Positions 16,780-24,577 of a DNA stretch of 64,000 nt are shown here, piece after piece. Below the pieces are notes generated by a model, which saw only the letters and a program-made list of their open reading frames with translations, was not told where the DNA came from and ran no database searches. The stretch comes from a virus. Within the stretch, counting starts at the first letter, position 1. Every line of letters starts with the position of its first letter. Location of the stretch: the IMG/VR virus record IMGVR_UViG_3300036832_000974, positions 1-64,000 of that record; one strand, given 5' to 3'. The position numbers were made by a program, and so were the translations under genes.

Positions 16780-17039
16780 CCAGCCTCACCGACGAAGAGC
16801 GAGAAGCCATCGCCCAGGAAGCCCAGAAGCTAATGGACGACGTTTCTAAAATGTTGATGGGGCACAATTACGAAGCCGTCGGTCAGGCACTGTGTTACGT
16901 GGTGGCAATATGGATCGGCAACCTTCCCGATCCAGACATGCGCGCGAAGAAACTCGCGACTTTCATTCAATCGTTAACGATTGCGGTGCCTGAAGTTGTG
17001 AGGCAGATCGACGAGCAACGGGAGCCACGCGAGCAATGA
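16776..17039 (+). CDS. Hypothetical protein
   Basis: Coupled ORF. Confidence 0.6.
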   Translation: MTSLTDEEREAIAQEAQKLMDDVSKMLMGHNYEAVGQALCYVVAIWIGNLPDPDMRAKKLATFIQSLTIAVPEVVRQIDEQREPREQ

Positions 17040-17350
17040 CCCACCCGAGCTACACCAGCGATATTACCGACTGGCAACTGATCCCCGAGCACATGATCGG
17101 CGGCCTGCGCCGCTACATCGAGGACGGCATTCCGCCCGGCTCGTTTCTGCGCGCAGTGCTGTGCAACGATCTGCGCCGCGCCGTCGAATGCGCCGACAGC
17201 GCCAACATCCACCGACTGCCGGACTACATCCGCTTTCTCTACGCCCACGCGCCGGTGGGTTCGTGGGGATCGACCGACGACTATGTCGAGTGGATCAATC
17301 ACAAAGGCCTGCGCACGATGGGATGGACCGGTGACGTCTGCGGCGACTAG
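17036..17350 (+). CDS. Conserved phage hypothetical protein
   Basis: IPEHM..GLRRYIE.GIPPGSFLRAVL.NDL..AV..AD..N...AP..SWGS. Confidence 0.75.
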   Translation: MTHPSYTSDITDWQLIPEHMIGGLRRYIEDGIPPGSFLRAVLCNDLRRAVECADSANIHRLPDYIRFLYAHAPVGSWGSTDDYVEWINHKGLRTMGWTGDVCGD

Positions 17351-17419
17351 GAGGAAAACCGTGGGCTAGACCGAACCGATGTACCGAGAGCGACTCACCA
17401 TGAAGCAAGGACAATCCCA

Positions 17420-17713
17420 ATGAGAACGATGACCACATACACCCACTATAATTTCGTCGACAAGGACCCGGTGTTCGATCGCCTGTGGTCGATCATCGAC
17501 GGCCACGGCTTGACGCTGCAGCAGGTCGCCGACGCATCGGGCATGACCTACCAGACGCTGTGGGGCTGGCGCTACGGTAAGACCCGGTATGCGTACTATT
17601 CGAGCGTCATGCGCGTCGTGATCGGACTCCGGCAATGGGACTTCAAACTGATCGACGAGAAGCTTACCCCGCGCGGCAAGTTCAAGGTAATCAGCGGGAA
17701 ACGAGCCGCATGA
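17420..17713 (+). CDS. XRE-family HTH protein
   Basis: GLTLQQVADASGMTYQTLWGW..GKT. Confidence 0.8.
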   Translation: MRTMTTYTHYNFVDKDPVFDRLWSIIDGHGLTLQQVADASGMTYQTLWGWRYGKTRYAYYSSVMRVVIGLRQWDFKLIDEKLTPRGKFKVISGKRAA

Positions 17714-18018
17714 AGCCAATCTGCGTTGCCTGCGAGCGCTTCATGCGCATGCGCAAAGCTGGCTATCTCTTCATCGAAGGGATGCCAAAGCCCGGCCATG
17801 GCGGCAAGCCCAAGGCTGCCGTCCCTGGCAAGACGACGCCCGAGCGCTGGCAGCCCTACAAAGCATGGTGGGGCGATCTGTGGGAGTGCCCGGACTGCCG
17901 CGCCCAGATCATCAGCGGTGTTGGCAATGTCGCGGCCAAGGAGCGCCATCAGGACGGCTTCGACGACCTCGTTAAGGAGGTTGAACACACCACCAAGCTT
18001 ATGATCAAGGATTGCTAA
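17710..18018 (+). CDS. Zinc-ribbon protein
   Basis: CVAC...WECPDC. Confidence 0.65.
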   Translation: MKPICVACERFMRMRKAGYLFIEGMPKPGHGGKPKAAVPGKTTPERWQPYKAWWGDLWECPDCRAQIISGVGNVAAKERHQDGFDDLVKEVEHTTKLMIKDC

Positions 18019-18470
18019 CCATGATCAACCTTCGCACGACAATCGAGGCATTTTCCCAACTGGCGGAAACGGTATTCGACCATAAGGGCAAGATGGAGCC
18101 GACCTTTTTCATCCACTGCCAGGGCGAGTGGACGGTGATGCCGCACCCTCCCTTTCCAAGAGAGATGGTCATCGAGATCTTGCGTAGCCTGCTCAAGGAT
18201 ATGGAAGCCGATGCCTACGTCTTTATCAACGAAGCGTGGTGCGTCGAGGTCAGAGAGATTCCCAAGATACCGCCTTCAGAACATCCCGACCGTAAAGAGG
18301 TTGTGGTGATCAGCGCCGAGAATGCAAACCGTCAGCTGATCGGCCGCCGTGCGATCTTGCGCCCAGCTGGCGACAAGCCGTCGCTGGCACCATTGGAGCT
18401 TAATACCAAATGGACACCGGTCGACGGCGACATGGTCGGGCTGATGCGGCCCGCAAAAACAGTTCACTAA
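18012..18470 (+). CDS. Conserved phage hypothetical protein
   Basis: YVFINEAW...PPSEHPDRKEVV pattern. Confidence 0.65.
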   Translation: MLTMINLRTTIEAFSQLAETVFDHKGKMEPTFFIHCQGEWTVMPHPPFPREMVIEILRSLLKDMEADAYVFINEAWCVEVREIPKIPPSEHPDRKEVVVISAENANRQLIGRRAILRPAGDKPSLAPLELNTKWTPVDGDMVGLMRPAKTVH

Positions 18471-18483
18471 CGGAGAAGACCCA

Positions 18484-18681
18484 ATGGCAAAGATCAGCTT
18501 GAATCGCTACCAGCGCGCTCGCGCCATGATCGAACTCAACGGCGGCCCCATCAAGATCGAGGATCTCAAGGCGCACATGAAGAAGGTCGGCAGCGGCAAG
18601 GTATCGAAGGTGGTGAAAGTTCTGTCCAAGGCTGGCGTGGTCAAGGTCAGCGAGGATGGCAAATGGCTGCAGCCAGCATGA
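18484..18681 (+). CDS. Small basic, winged-helix-like protein
   Basis: GGAG RBS; Lys-rich helices ending V.VSEDGKW. Confidence 0.55.
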   Translation: MAKISLNRYQRARAMIELNGGPIKIEDLKAHMKKVGSGKVSKVVKVLSKAGVVKVSEDGKWLQPA

Positions 18682-18857
18682 CACCAGAGCAGCACACCAA
18701 GATCCTCGGCGCGCTCGCCTTCATTCGCGATATCGCCGAGGAGGAATACCCACGTGCCGCGACGGCTGCGCGCGTCAGCCGCTACATGGGCGCCGAGGTG
18801 GCGCTGCGCCATATCCTGCGCCGCGCCAAGGAAGCATTGGAGGGCATCGATATCTGA
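18678..18857 (+). CDS. Hypothetical protein
   Basis: ATGA coupling. Confidence 0.55.
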   Translation: MTPEQHTKILGALAFIRDIAEEEYPRAATAARVSRYMGAEVALRHILRRAKEALEGIDI

Positions 18858-19252
18858 TGCGTGACCTGACTGAACTGGACAAGTACCGGGTTAAACCAGA
18901 CGCAGTCGACCCGCGCTACGAGGGCGCCTTCGTGGTGCCGCGACCAATGGTGGTCACCCATCCTATGGCGAAGCAACTTGGCGGCGACGACTTTGTCCTT
19001 ACCGTCCAACTGTGCATTATTGCATCCAACGACGGCGGCTGGGATCACGTGTCGGTCAGCGTCAGAGACCGCTGCCCGACGTGGGACGAAATGGAGCACA
19101 TCGCCAAGCTGTTCTTCAAGGAGAATGAGGTGGCGATGCAGCTCTACGTTCCGGCCACCGACCACATCAACAACATGCCATTCTGTTTGCACTGGTGGCG
19201 CCCCCATTCCAAGCTCAAGCCGATTCCGCTTCCACCGAAAAGGTACGTGTGA
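18857..19252 (+). CDS. Conserved phage protein (GWDHVSVS family)
   Basis: GWDHVSVS...RCPTWDEM..I..LFF...HIN....CLHWWRP. Confidence 0.8.
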   Translation: MRDLTELDKYRVKPDAVDPRYEGAFVVPRPMVVTHPMAKQLGGDDFVLTVQLCIIASNDGGWDHVSVSVRDRCPTWDEMEHIAKLFFKENEVAMQLYVPATDHINNMPFCLHWWRPHSKLKPIPLPPKRYV

Positions 19253-19695
19253 TGCCAGCCTTGACTGACGGCCGCCAGCTGACAATCGACCAAGATGACA
19301 TCAACGAAATCCTCGTGGCGATCAAGCGCGCCTACGCAAGACGATTCACCGCCGCTCAGGTCGAGAAGTTCGGTCTTGAAATCCCGCAACGGAAAACACT
19401 CATACGGCTGATCGATCGCCCCAAGAAGTGGAGGCGACCGGCATTCGAGAAGGTGATGCTGCGCGAGGGGTTCCGCTGCTTGCTGGCGTTCGAGACCCAT
19501 CCGCAAGGGCTGTGCCGCCATCTCGCAGTTGCGATCGAAAGCAACGTTCCGCACGCCACGCCAGAGAAGAAGATCGTCGAAGAAAAGATCTGCCCTCACT
19601 TCGGAATGAAAAACATCATCGCGGTTTGGCCCGAGGAATATGAGCCGAACAAAATCGAGATCAACATAATATCACTTGAACCGATCCTGCAATGA
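19252..19695 (+). CDS. Hypothetical protein
   Basis: TGATG coupling; E.HP.GLCRHLAVA motif. Confidence 0.65.
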   Translation: MPALTDGRQLTIDQDDINEILVAIKRAYARRFTAAQVEKFGLEIPQRKTLIRLIDRPKKWRRPAFEKVMLREGFRCLLAFETHPQGLCRHLAVAIESNVPHATPEKKIVEEKICPHFGMKNIIAVWPEEYEPNKIEINIISLEPILQ

Positions 19696-19988
19696 CCGGC
19701 ACCATCGCACTTCTTGTCATCGCAGCCGTCATCGTCGTGGTGATGGGGATCGGAGCGCTGTCCTTTCTGGGCATCACCCAAATCATCGAGCCCAGCAACA
19801 ACACGCGTCGCAATCAAGCGATCAGGGAATTCAATCGCAATCACCAAGGCCGCATTTCCACCACCGGCTTCTGCACCGACTGCAATGGCGAATGGTGCCC
19901 GTGCTGGGATCTAGAGCAGGTTAAGCGCCGCTTGGACTACGAGACGGAGCAACGCTGCCATGAAGAAGCCAGCACCAACCCTGGCTGA
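19692..19988 (+). CDS. Membrane-anchored Cys-containing protein
   Basis: N-terminal TM helix; CTDC..WCPC. Confidence 0.6.
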   Translation: MTGTIALLVIAAVIVVVMGIGALSFLGITQIIEPSNNTRRNQAIREFNRNHQGRISTTGFCTDCNGEWCPCWDLEQVKRRLDYETEQRCHEEASTNPG

Positions 19989-21135
19989 TGAAGTTCTGCG
20001 CCACAGCTTCGCCCTTCGCCATAGTGCAACATGGGCGATCAAGGCGGATGTGGTTCAGAAGCTGTTGCCAATGGCGCGCAAGTTCGTGCTCGACGACAAG
20101 ATGTCAGCGTTCTTGGGCCATCTCGGCTTGGCCTGCTTAGCGGCAGCGCGAACCGAAAAAAAAGCGCTCGTGATACTCGACAGCATGCGCAAGCTGGCCC
20201 GGCTGCCGCATCGTTTGATGTGGGTCGAGTACAACAACACGGAACGAATCAAGATGATCCGTGACACCTATGACATCAGCACGATTATGGACATGGGAGA
20301 GTTCGCACCGGACGAGCAGTCACCACGCTGTGGGTGGCTGTTGGAGCAGCACGACAAGATCGAGACGGCATTTCGTGCGACGTTATATTCATCAGAGGTG
20401 ACGACAAGTTCAGATTCCTTCGATTATCCGCACCCAAGCGTCTACAGCGCTTTATGGTGCAGTGAAGATCATCCCTTGCCCTGGCCCGACATCATCGACA
20501 TGCCAAGAGCCTCGATGCTTTTGACCGGCATCTACACGTACCATTCGCCCTACGTCGGTGTCGGCATAGCTCCCACAGCAACGCGCAAAGGCTTCGAGCT
20601 TTTCAATCAATTTGTTGAAAGCAAGGAAAAAGAAAAGGGATTCGATTCAAGCAAAGGACACGACATCGGCAAGCTTAGCACGATCATCGGTGAGCTGCGC
20701 TATATCTGGGCATTGCTGTCGACCATCAACACGCTGCCGATCAAAACCAGCTTCACCACCGCGGCGAAGGGATTTGTCGCCAAGGGGCGCTATCGCAGAT
20801 TCGTCGACCACACCACGGTCACACTCAACATCCCAGAGACACGCTACCGGCGCATTGCCGCTCACGCCATTGCCTCAGCACGACGGCGTGCCCACGAGGT
20901 GCGTGGTCACTGGCGCGACAACTGGCGTCTACCCAAAGGCAACAAATCGATCTGGGTGCCGGAGCATCAGAGCGGTGACGCCAGCCTCGGCTTTGTGACC
21001 CACGACTACGAAGTGAAGCATGATGAGGAAACGCGCCCACATTCCCTACCCCCAACGCTTGGCGGCGGCGCTGGCGTGCCTCCTCACCCAGGAGCACCGC
21101 GACAACCTTCGCCGCCGAAAAGTCCCGGCCGATGA
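19960..21135 (+). CDS. Conserved phage protein with C-terminal RxHxVRGHWR motif
   Basis: RRRAHEVRGHWR...IWVPEH..GDASLG...DYEV. Confidence 0.75.
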   Translation: MKKPAPTLADEVLRHSFALRHSATWAIKADVVQKLLPMARKFVLDDKMSAFLGHLGLACLAAARTEKKALVILDSMRKLARLPHRLMWVEYNNTERIKMIRDTYDISTIMDMGEFAPDEQSPRCGWLLEQHDKIETAFRATLYSSEVTTSSDSFDYPHPSVYSALWCSEDHPLPWPDIIDMPRASMLLTGIYTYHSPYVGVGIAPTATRKGFELFNQFVESKEKEKGFDSSKGHDIGKLSTIIGELRYIWALLSTINTLPIKTSFTTAAKGFVAKGRYRRFVDHTTVTLNIPETRYRRIAAHAIASARRRAHEVRGHWRDNWRLPKGNKSIWVPEHQSGDASLGFVTHDYEVKHDEETRPHSLPPTLGGGAGVPPHPGAPRQPSPPKSPGR

Positions 21136-21448
21136 GGTGATCGGCTTGTTCCACTTCGATCACATCGCGCTCCACGCGTTCGAGACGCCGGACCGCGACG
21201 AGTGGCACAATCTCACCCCCCTGCTGGCTGCCGCACATCTGGAGAAAACAAGGCGTGATCTCAAAATAATTGCCAAGGTTCGTCGCATCCGCGCAACACT
21301 TCCGCCACAAAACACCGCCGAAGACCTCGTCGACGTGATCATCCGCTCGCAAAAACCTTGGACCAAGCGCAAAATTGCCAAACGAATCAATCCGTGGCCG
21401 CCTCGGGGGAGCCGCAAACTAAGGAGCCGCCCCCGTGCAAAATCATGA
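21020..21448 (+). CDS. HNH endonuclease-like protein
   Basis: HFDH.....NL.PL...AHLEKT..D...IAK..R. Confidence 0.7.
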   Translation: MMRKRAHIPYPQRLAAALACLLTQEHRDNLRRRKVPADEVIGLFHFDHIALHAFETPDRDEWHNLTPLLAAAHLEKTRRDLKIIAKVRRIRATLPPQNTAEDLVDVIIRSQKPWTKRKIAKRINPWPPRGSRKLRSRPRAKS

Positions 21449-21789
21449 CGCGTGCGGCTTTGCTTGCTCGTATCCATGCTGTCGGCTGGTGGGGGAGTGC
21501 TGCGGCTGTTGCCGCAAAAGGGGGCGGGGCGATGATCGACGACGAAAACCTAATCGATTCACTGTGGGCCTATACGGGGATCAACCCCGACGGCAGCGAG
21601 GGCGTGGTGGCGTACCCGTTGGAAGGAATCAGATTGCCCCTGATCGCGTCAGACCGCGTGCTGCTCAATGAGCTGCGGCCCTACGCCCAGCGCGTTGCGG
21701 ATCGCCTCGGGATCGTCTTGATGGTGGTCGAGTTCATCAGAGGCGGTGAGATCGACAGGATCTACCCCAGCATCGCCGGACACACATAA
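21445..21789 (+). CDS. Hypothetical protein (alternative start 21532)
   Basis: LWAY......GSEGV......PLIASD; ends at terminator. Confidence 0.6.
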   Translation: MTRAALLARIHAVGWWGSAAAVAAKGGGAMIDDENLIDSLWAYTGINPDGSEGVVAYPLEGIRLPLIASDRVLLNELRPYAQRVADRLGIVLMVVEFIRGGEIDRIYPSIAGHT

Positions 21790-21822
21790 AAAAGACCCCG
21801 CCAATGACGGCGGGGTTTTCAG
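21788..21822. terminator. Bidirectional intrinsic terminator
   Basis: A-tract, GACCCCGCC-AATGAC-GGCGGGGTT, T-tract; between convergent early and late operons. Confidence 0.88.
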
Positions 21823-21896
21823 TTTCCCAATGACCTGATCCGAAGACCTGATCCACGAAGCTGGCTTTAGCTGATCAGCGCTGCAGCGTCAAACCG

Positions 21897-22343
21897 CTAA
21901 GGCTTCGGTGACTCCGGATTGGTCGGCAACAGCGGCGGTATGATCGGCACAGACTGATCCGACTGAAGCCGGAACGGCGGCTGCTGTGCCGGCGGTAGCG
22001 GCAATCCCCGTGCCTTCTGCTCGTCGATCGCCCTCAAGACTTCCGGGGTGATGCACACCATCATCTTTTCGGTCAGCTGACCCTGATCCTTGACGATCGA
22101 GCGCATGTTGTCTTGCTGATAGTTAAAGACCTGCCGCCACTGCTCCAAGATGTCCTTCTGCGACTCGAACAGCTGCTGCAGGTTGCGATCGCGCGTGTCG
22201 AGCTGGCGTGTCTGGATGTAGAACACATAGGTCATGATCACGCCAACCAGAATGATCAGCACGATCGACAGCGGTTGCACCCGCAGCGCATCGATGACAC
22301 CACGCGCCGTCGAGCCGACCTCTTCGGTGATCCCGGCATTCAT
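21897..22343 (-). CDS. Membrane protein of lysis cassette (holin- or i-spanin-like)
   Basis: One TM helix then coiled coil; directly downstream of endolysin; paralogous N-terminus to 23834-24058. Confidence 0.55.
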   Translation of the reverse strand: MNAGITEEVGSTARGVIDALRVQPLSIVLIILVGVIMTYVFYIQTRQLDTRDRNLQQLFESQKDILEQWRQVFNYQQDNMRSIVKDQGQLTEKMMVCITPEVLRAIDEQKARGLPLPPAQQPPFRLQSDQSVPIIPPLLPTNPESPKP

Positions 22344-22353
22344 GGCTTCACCA

Positions 22354-23469
22354 TCACGTCCGCTTGAGACCGCCGAACCATTCCAGCAGCTGCTTGATCC
22401 AAGCCACGGTTTCGGTCGATGGCGGCGGCGGCGGCGGATCGGGCGGCGGCACGGGATGCTCGCCCTCGGCGACCTCATCAAGCGGCGGCTTGACGAATTC
22501 CCACTCGACGGTCGCCGACCGCGTGCCTTCCTTGCCCGCAATGCCCAGCTCGTCGAACACCGCGGGCGTTGAATCCAATCCGGCAGGATTGGTCGGCACC
22601 ATGCGGTTGTCGGCTCTGGTGCCCTCGGCCTTCTGCTTCACCGCCTTCGGCACGCCGGTGCCGTTCCAGTAATCATCCCGGATGTTCCACGGACCGACAT
22701 CGTTGATGCGCGAGATGCACTCCTTGCCCCGGTAGTAGATCGTGATAGTGCGCTGCTGCTCGTTGGTGATCTTGCACGGCAATGAGGACTGGAACGCGCT
22801 CGGGTTGACGACGCCGCCATAGGCCGAGTCCTGTGCGTCGCCCTTGCCACCGAATTCGGTCATGTAGACGCGGAAGCGATCGGCGCCCAGCTCGTCGGGC
22901 GGCGGTGGCACCGGCGAGGCCATCCGCGCCTGCACCTCAGAAATCACCGTGGCCTTCACGACATGCTTGCCGGGGCAGTCGTGGGTCGTCTTGCTGTCCT
23001 CTTTGTGCAGCCGCAGGTTCGTCGAGTTGCACGGCTTGCCGAGCTTCTTCAAGAGCGCGGCGATTGCGCCCTCGGCGTTGTGGCGGACGCCGAGACCGAA
23101 CCCGGATTCAAACGATTCCACGTCGTAATCGCCGACCATCTCGATGCCCCAGGCGACACCGTTCCAGCTCGGTGAGTGCACGCCCTTCTCGGTCAGCGGG
23201 GTGAACAGCCAGATCGTGGTGTCATCGATGAACATGTGCGGTCCGGCGTGCCAGCCAAGACCGCGATAGTAGTCGGTGAGATTGCGTAGCCGCTGCTGGA
23301 TCGGCGACGACTGCCACTGCTTGCTGCTCGGTGCCGCGGTGTTATGCAACACCACGAAATCGGGGTGCCAGTCGGCGAGCTTGAGGTCGGCAACGTACTT
23401 CTCGAATTCCTCGACGGTCATGCCGCGGCCGTCGGTACCACGCCACGAAGAGCTTGGGGAAACGAGCAT
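22354..23469 (-). CDS. Endolysin: N-acetylmuramoyl-L-alanine amidase plus second C-terminal domain
   Basis: VVLHNT, GPHMFID, GIEMVGDY, LHKE, HDCPG zinc-amidase motifs; C-terminal INDVGPWN..DDYW...GLDSTPA. Confidence 0.88.
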   Translation of the reverse strand: MLVSPSSSWRGTDGRGMTVEEFEKYVADLKLADWHPDFVVLHNTAAPSSKQWQSSPIQQRLRNLTDYYRGLGWHAGPHMFIDDTTIWLFTPLTEKGVHSPSWNGVAWGIEMVGDYDVESFESGFGLGVRHNAEGAIAALLKKLGKPCNSTNLRLHKEDSKTTHDCPGKHVVKATVISEVQARMASPVPPPPDELGADRFRVYMTEFGGKGDAQDSAYGGVVNPSAFQSSLPCKITNEQQRTITIYYRGKECISRINDVGPWNIRDDYWNGTGVPKAVKQKAEGTRADNRMVPTNPAGLDSTPAVFDELGIAGKEGTRSATVEWEFVKPPLDEVAEGEHPVPPPDPPPPPPSTETVAWIKQLLEWFGGLKRT

Positions 23470-23483
23470 GGCGTTCACTCCTT

Positions 23484-23828
23484 TTAGTATATTTCAGAAA
23501 ATGAGATGACGCTGGGATTGGTCGCTACGCACCAGATGTCGCCCTGGTAATCGATATCCTTGTGCGATCCGATGCCCTGGTTGGTGGTCCCCTGCAGCAC
23601 GTCGCCTGTCGTGGCCGTCACGGTGCTATCGGGACCGCACCACACGTTGTTGTTGGTGCCGTTGGTAAGCGTGACGCGGATACGGTACTCACGCAGCGGA
23701 ACGACCTGTGTCGCGACGGTACCCACGAGGATCTGACCAACGACGAGGTGAACCGCGCCGTGGTTCTGAGCATTGGCCGGGAAGGACGCAAGACAGGCGC
23801 CCACGATCGCACTTGTCAGGTATCTCAA
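23484..23828 (-). CDS. Small beta-rich protein with signal-peptide-like N-terminus
   Basis: TTG start after GAGG; LRYLTSAIVGACLASFPANA/Q. Confidence 0.6.
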   Translation of the reverse strand: MRYLTSAIVGACLASFPANAQNHGAVHLVVGQILVGTVATQVVPLREYRIRVTLTNGTNNNVWCGPDSTVTATTGDVLQGTTNQGIGSHKDIDYQGDIWCVATNPSVISFSEIY

Positions 23829-23833
23829 TTGCC

Positions 23834-24058
23834 TCACTCCTTCTGCGGCAGCACCGCTGCCGGGCACGCCGCCAAATAATGCGTCAGCTCTTCGATCAGC
23901 TTGTCCTTGCGAACCGCCTGCTCGTGCATGCCAAACCACAGCATGGCAACGAACAGGATGTTGATCAGCAGCAGCACCAGAACAAGCGGTTGCGCCTTGA
24001 GCGCGTCGACGACACTGCGCGCGGTCTGACCAGTCTCTTCGGTCACGCCGGGATTCAC
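23834..24058 (-). CDS. Holin-like small membrane protein
   Basis: Single TM QPLVLVLLLINILFVAMLWF; upstream of endolysin. Confidence 0.55.
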   Translation of the reverse strand: MNPGVTEETGQTARSVVDALKAQPLVLVLLLINILFVAMLWFGMHEQAVRKDKLIEELTHYLAACPAAVLPQKE

Positions 24059-24477
24059 GGCCGCGGCTTTCCTAACGACAGGCCGAGAGCGAACACTTTC
24101 GGCGCCAGCGACAGCGGCGTGTCGACCGCGGCGAAGCGGTTGGCGTTGACGAGAATGGTCCCATACACCGTCGTCTGACGCAGACCGGTCAGGATCACCC
24201 GCAGCGCATCGAGATAACGACCGGGCCCGAGATCGACGGTGACGACGTGCGGCAGCTTTACAGTCACCATGCCGGTCGTGGGATCGTCAGCGACGACGAT
24301 GGTGGCGCTGAGCTGTGGGATCGCTGGCAGACCGTCGGGCCCGAGCAGCATCCATTGAATGTTGTCGGCACCGGTTAGGTCGAGCGGCGAGGAATCGTCA
24401 TCGAGCAGGCCGCACACGATCGACCAGTCATCGCCAGCGAATCGTTCGAGGTCGTTGTGATGCACCAGCTGTGCCAT
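24055..24477 (-). CDS. BppU N-terminal-like Ig-fold tail/baseplate protein
   Basis: GDDW.I...D....PLDLTGA...G.V.V.L....T..L.PG.Y.D......G.I.V. Confidence 0.7.
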   Translation of the reverse strand: MAQLVHHNDLERFAGDDWSIVCGLLDDDSSPLDLTGADNIQWMLLGPDGLPAIPQLSATIVVADDPTTGMVTVKLPHVVTVDLGPGRYLDALRVILTGLRQTTVYGTILVNANRFAAVDTPLSLAPKVFALGLSLGKPRP

Positions 24478-24577
24478 GCTTGCTCCATGGAAAGGGCGCC
24501 GACCCGGGTGTGTTCGGGCCGGGTCGGCTGATGAACGGAATCCCCAATGTCAGGGCGATGGGGTGGTGCCGCTCATG

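Noticed and set aside
21832-21860. GACCTGATCC tandem repeat as a CRISPR or att site
   Set aside because: Only two short copies, no spacers, and no cas or integrase gene in the window
24488-24545. CTGATGA next to a 10-bp hairpin and an upstream GAAA, suggesting a hammerhead ribozyme
   Set aside because: No stem II closing pair, no stem III and no cleavage triplet can be formed; more likely a simple intergenic hairpin
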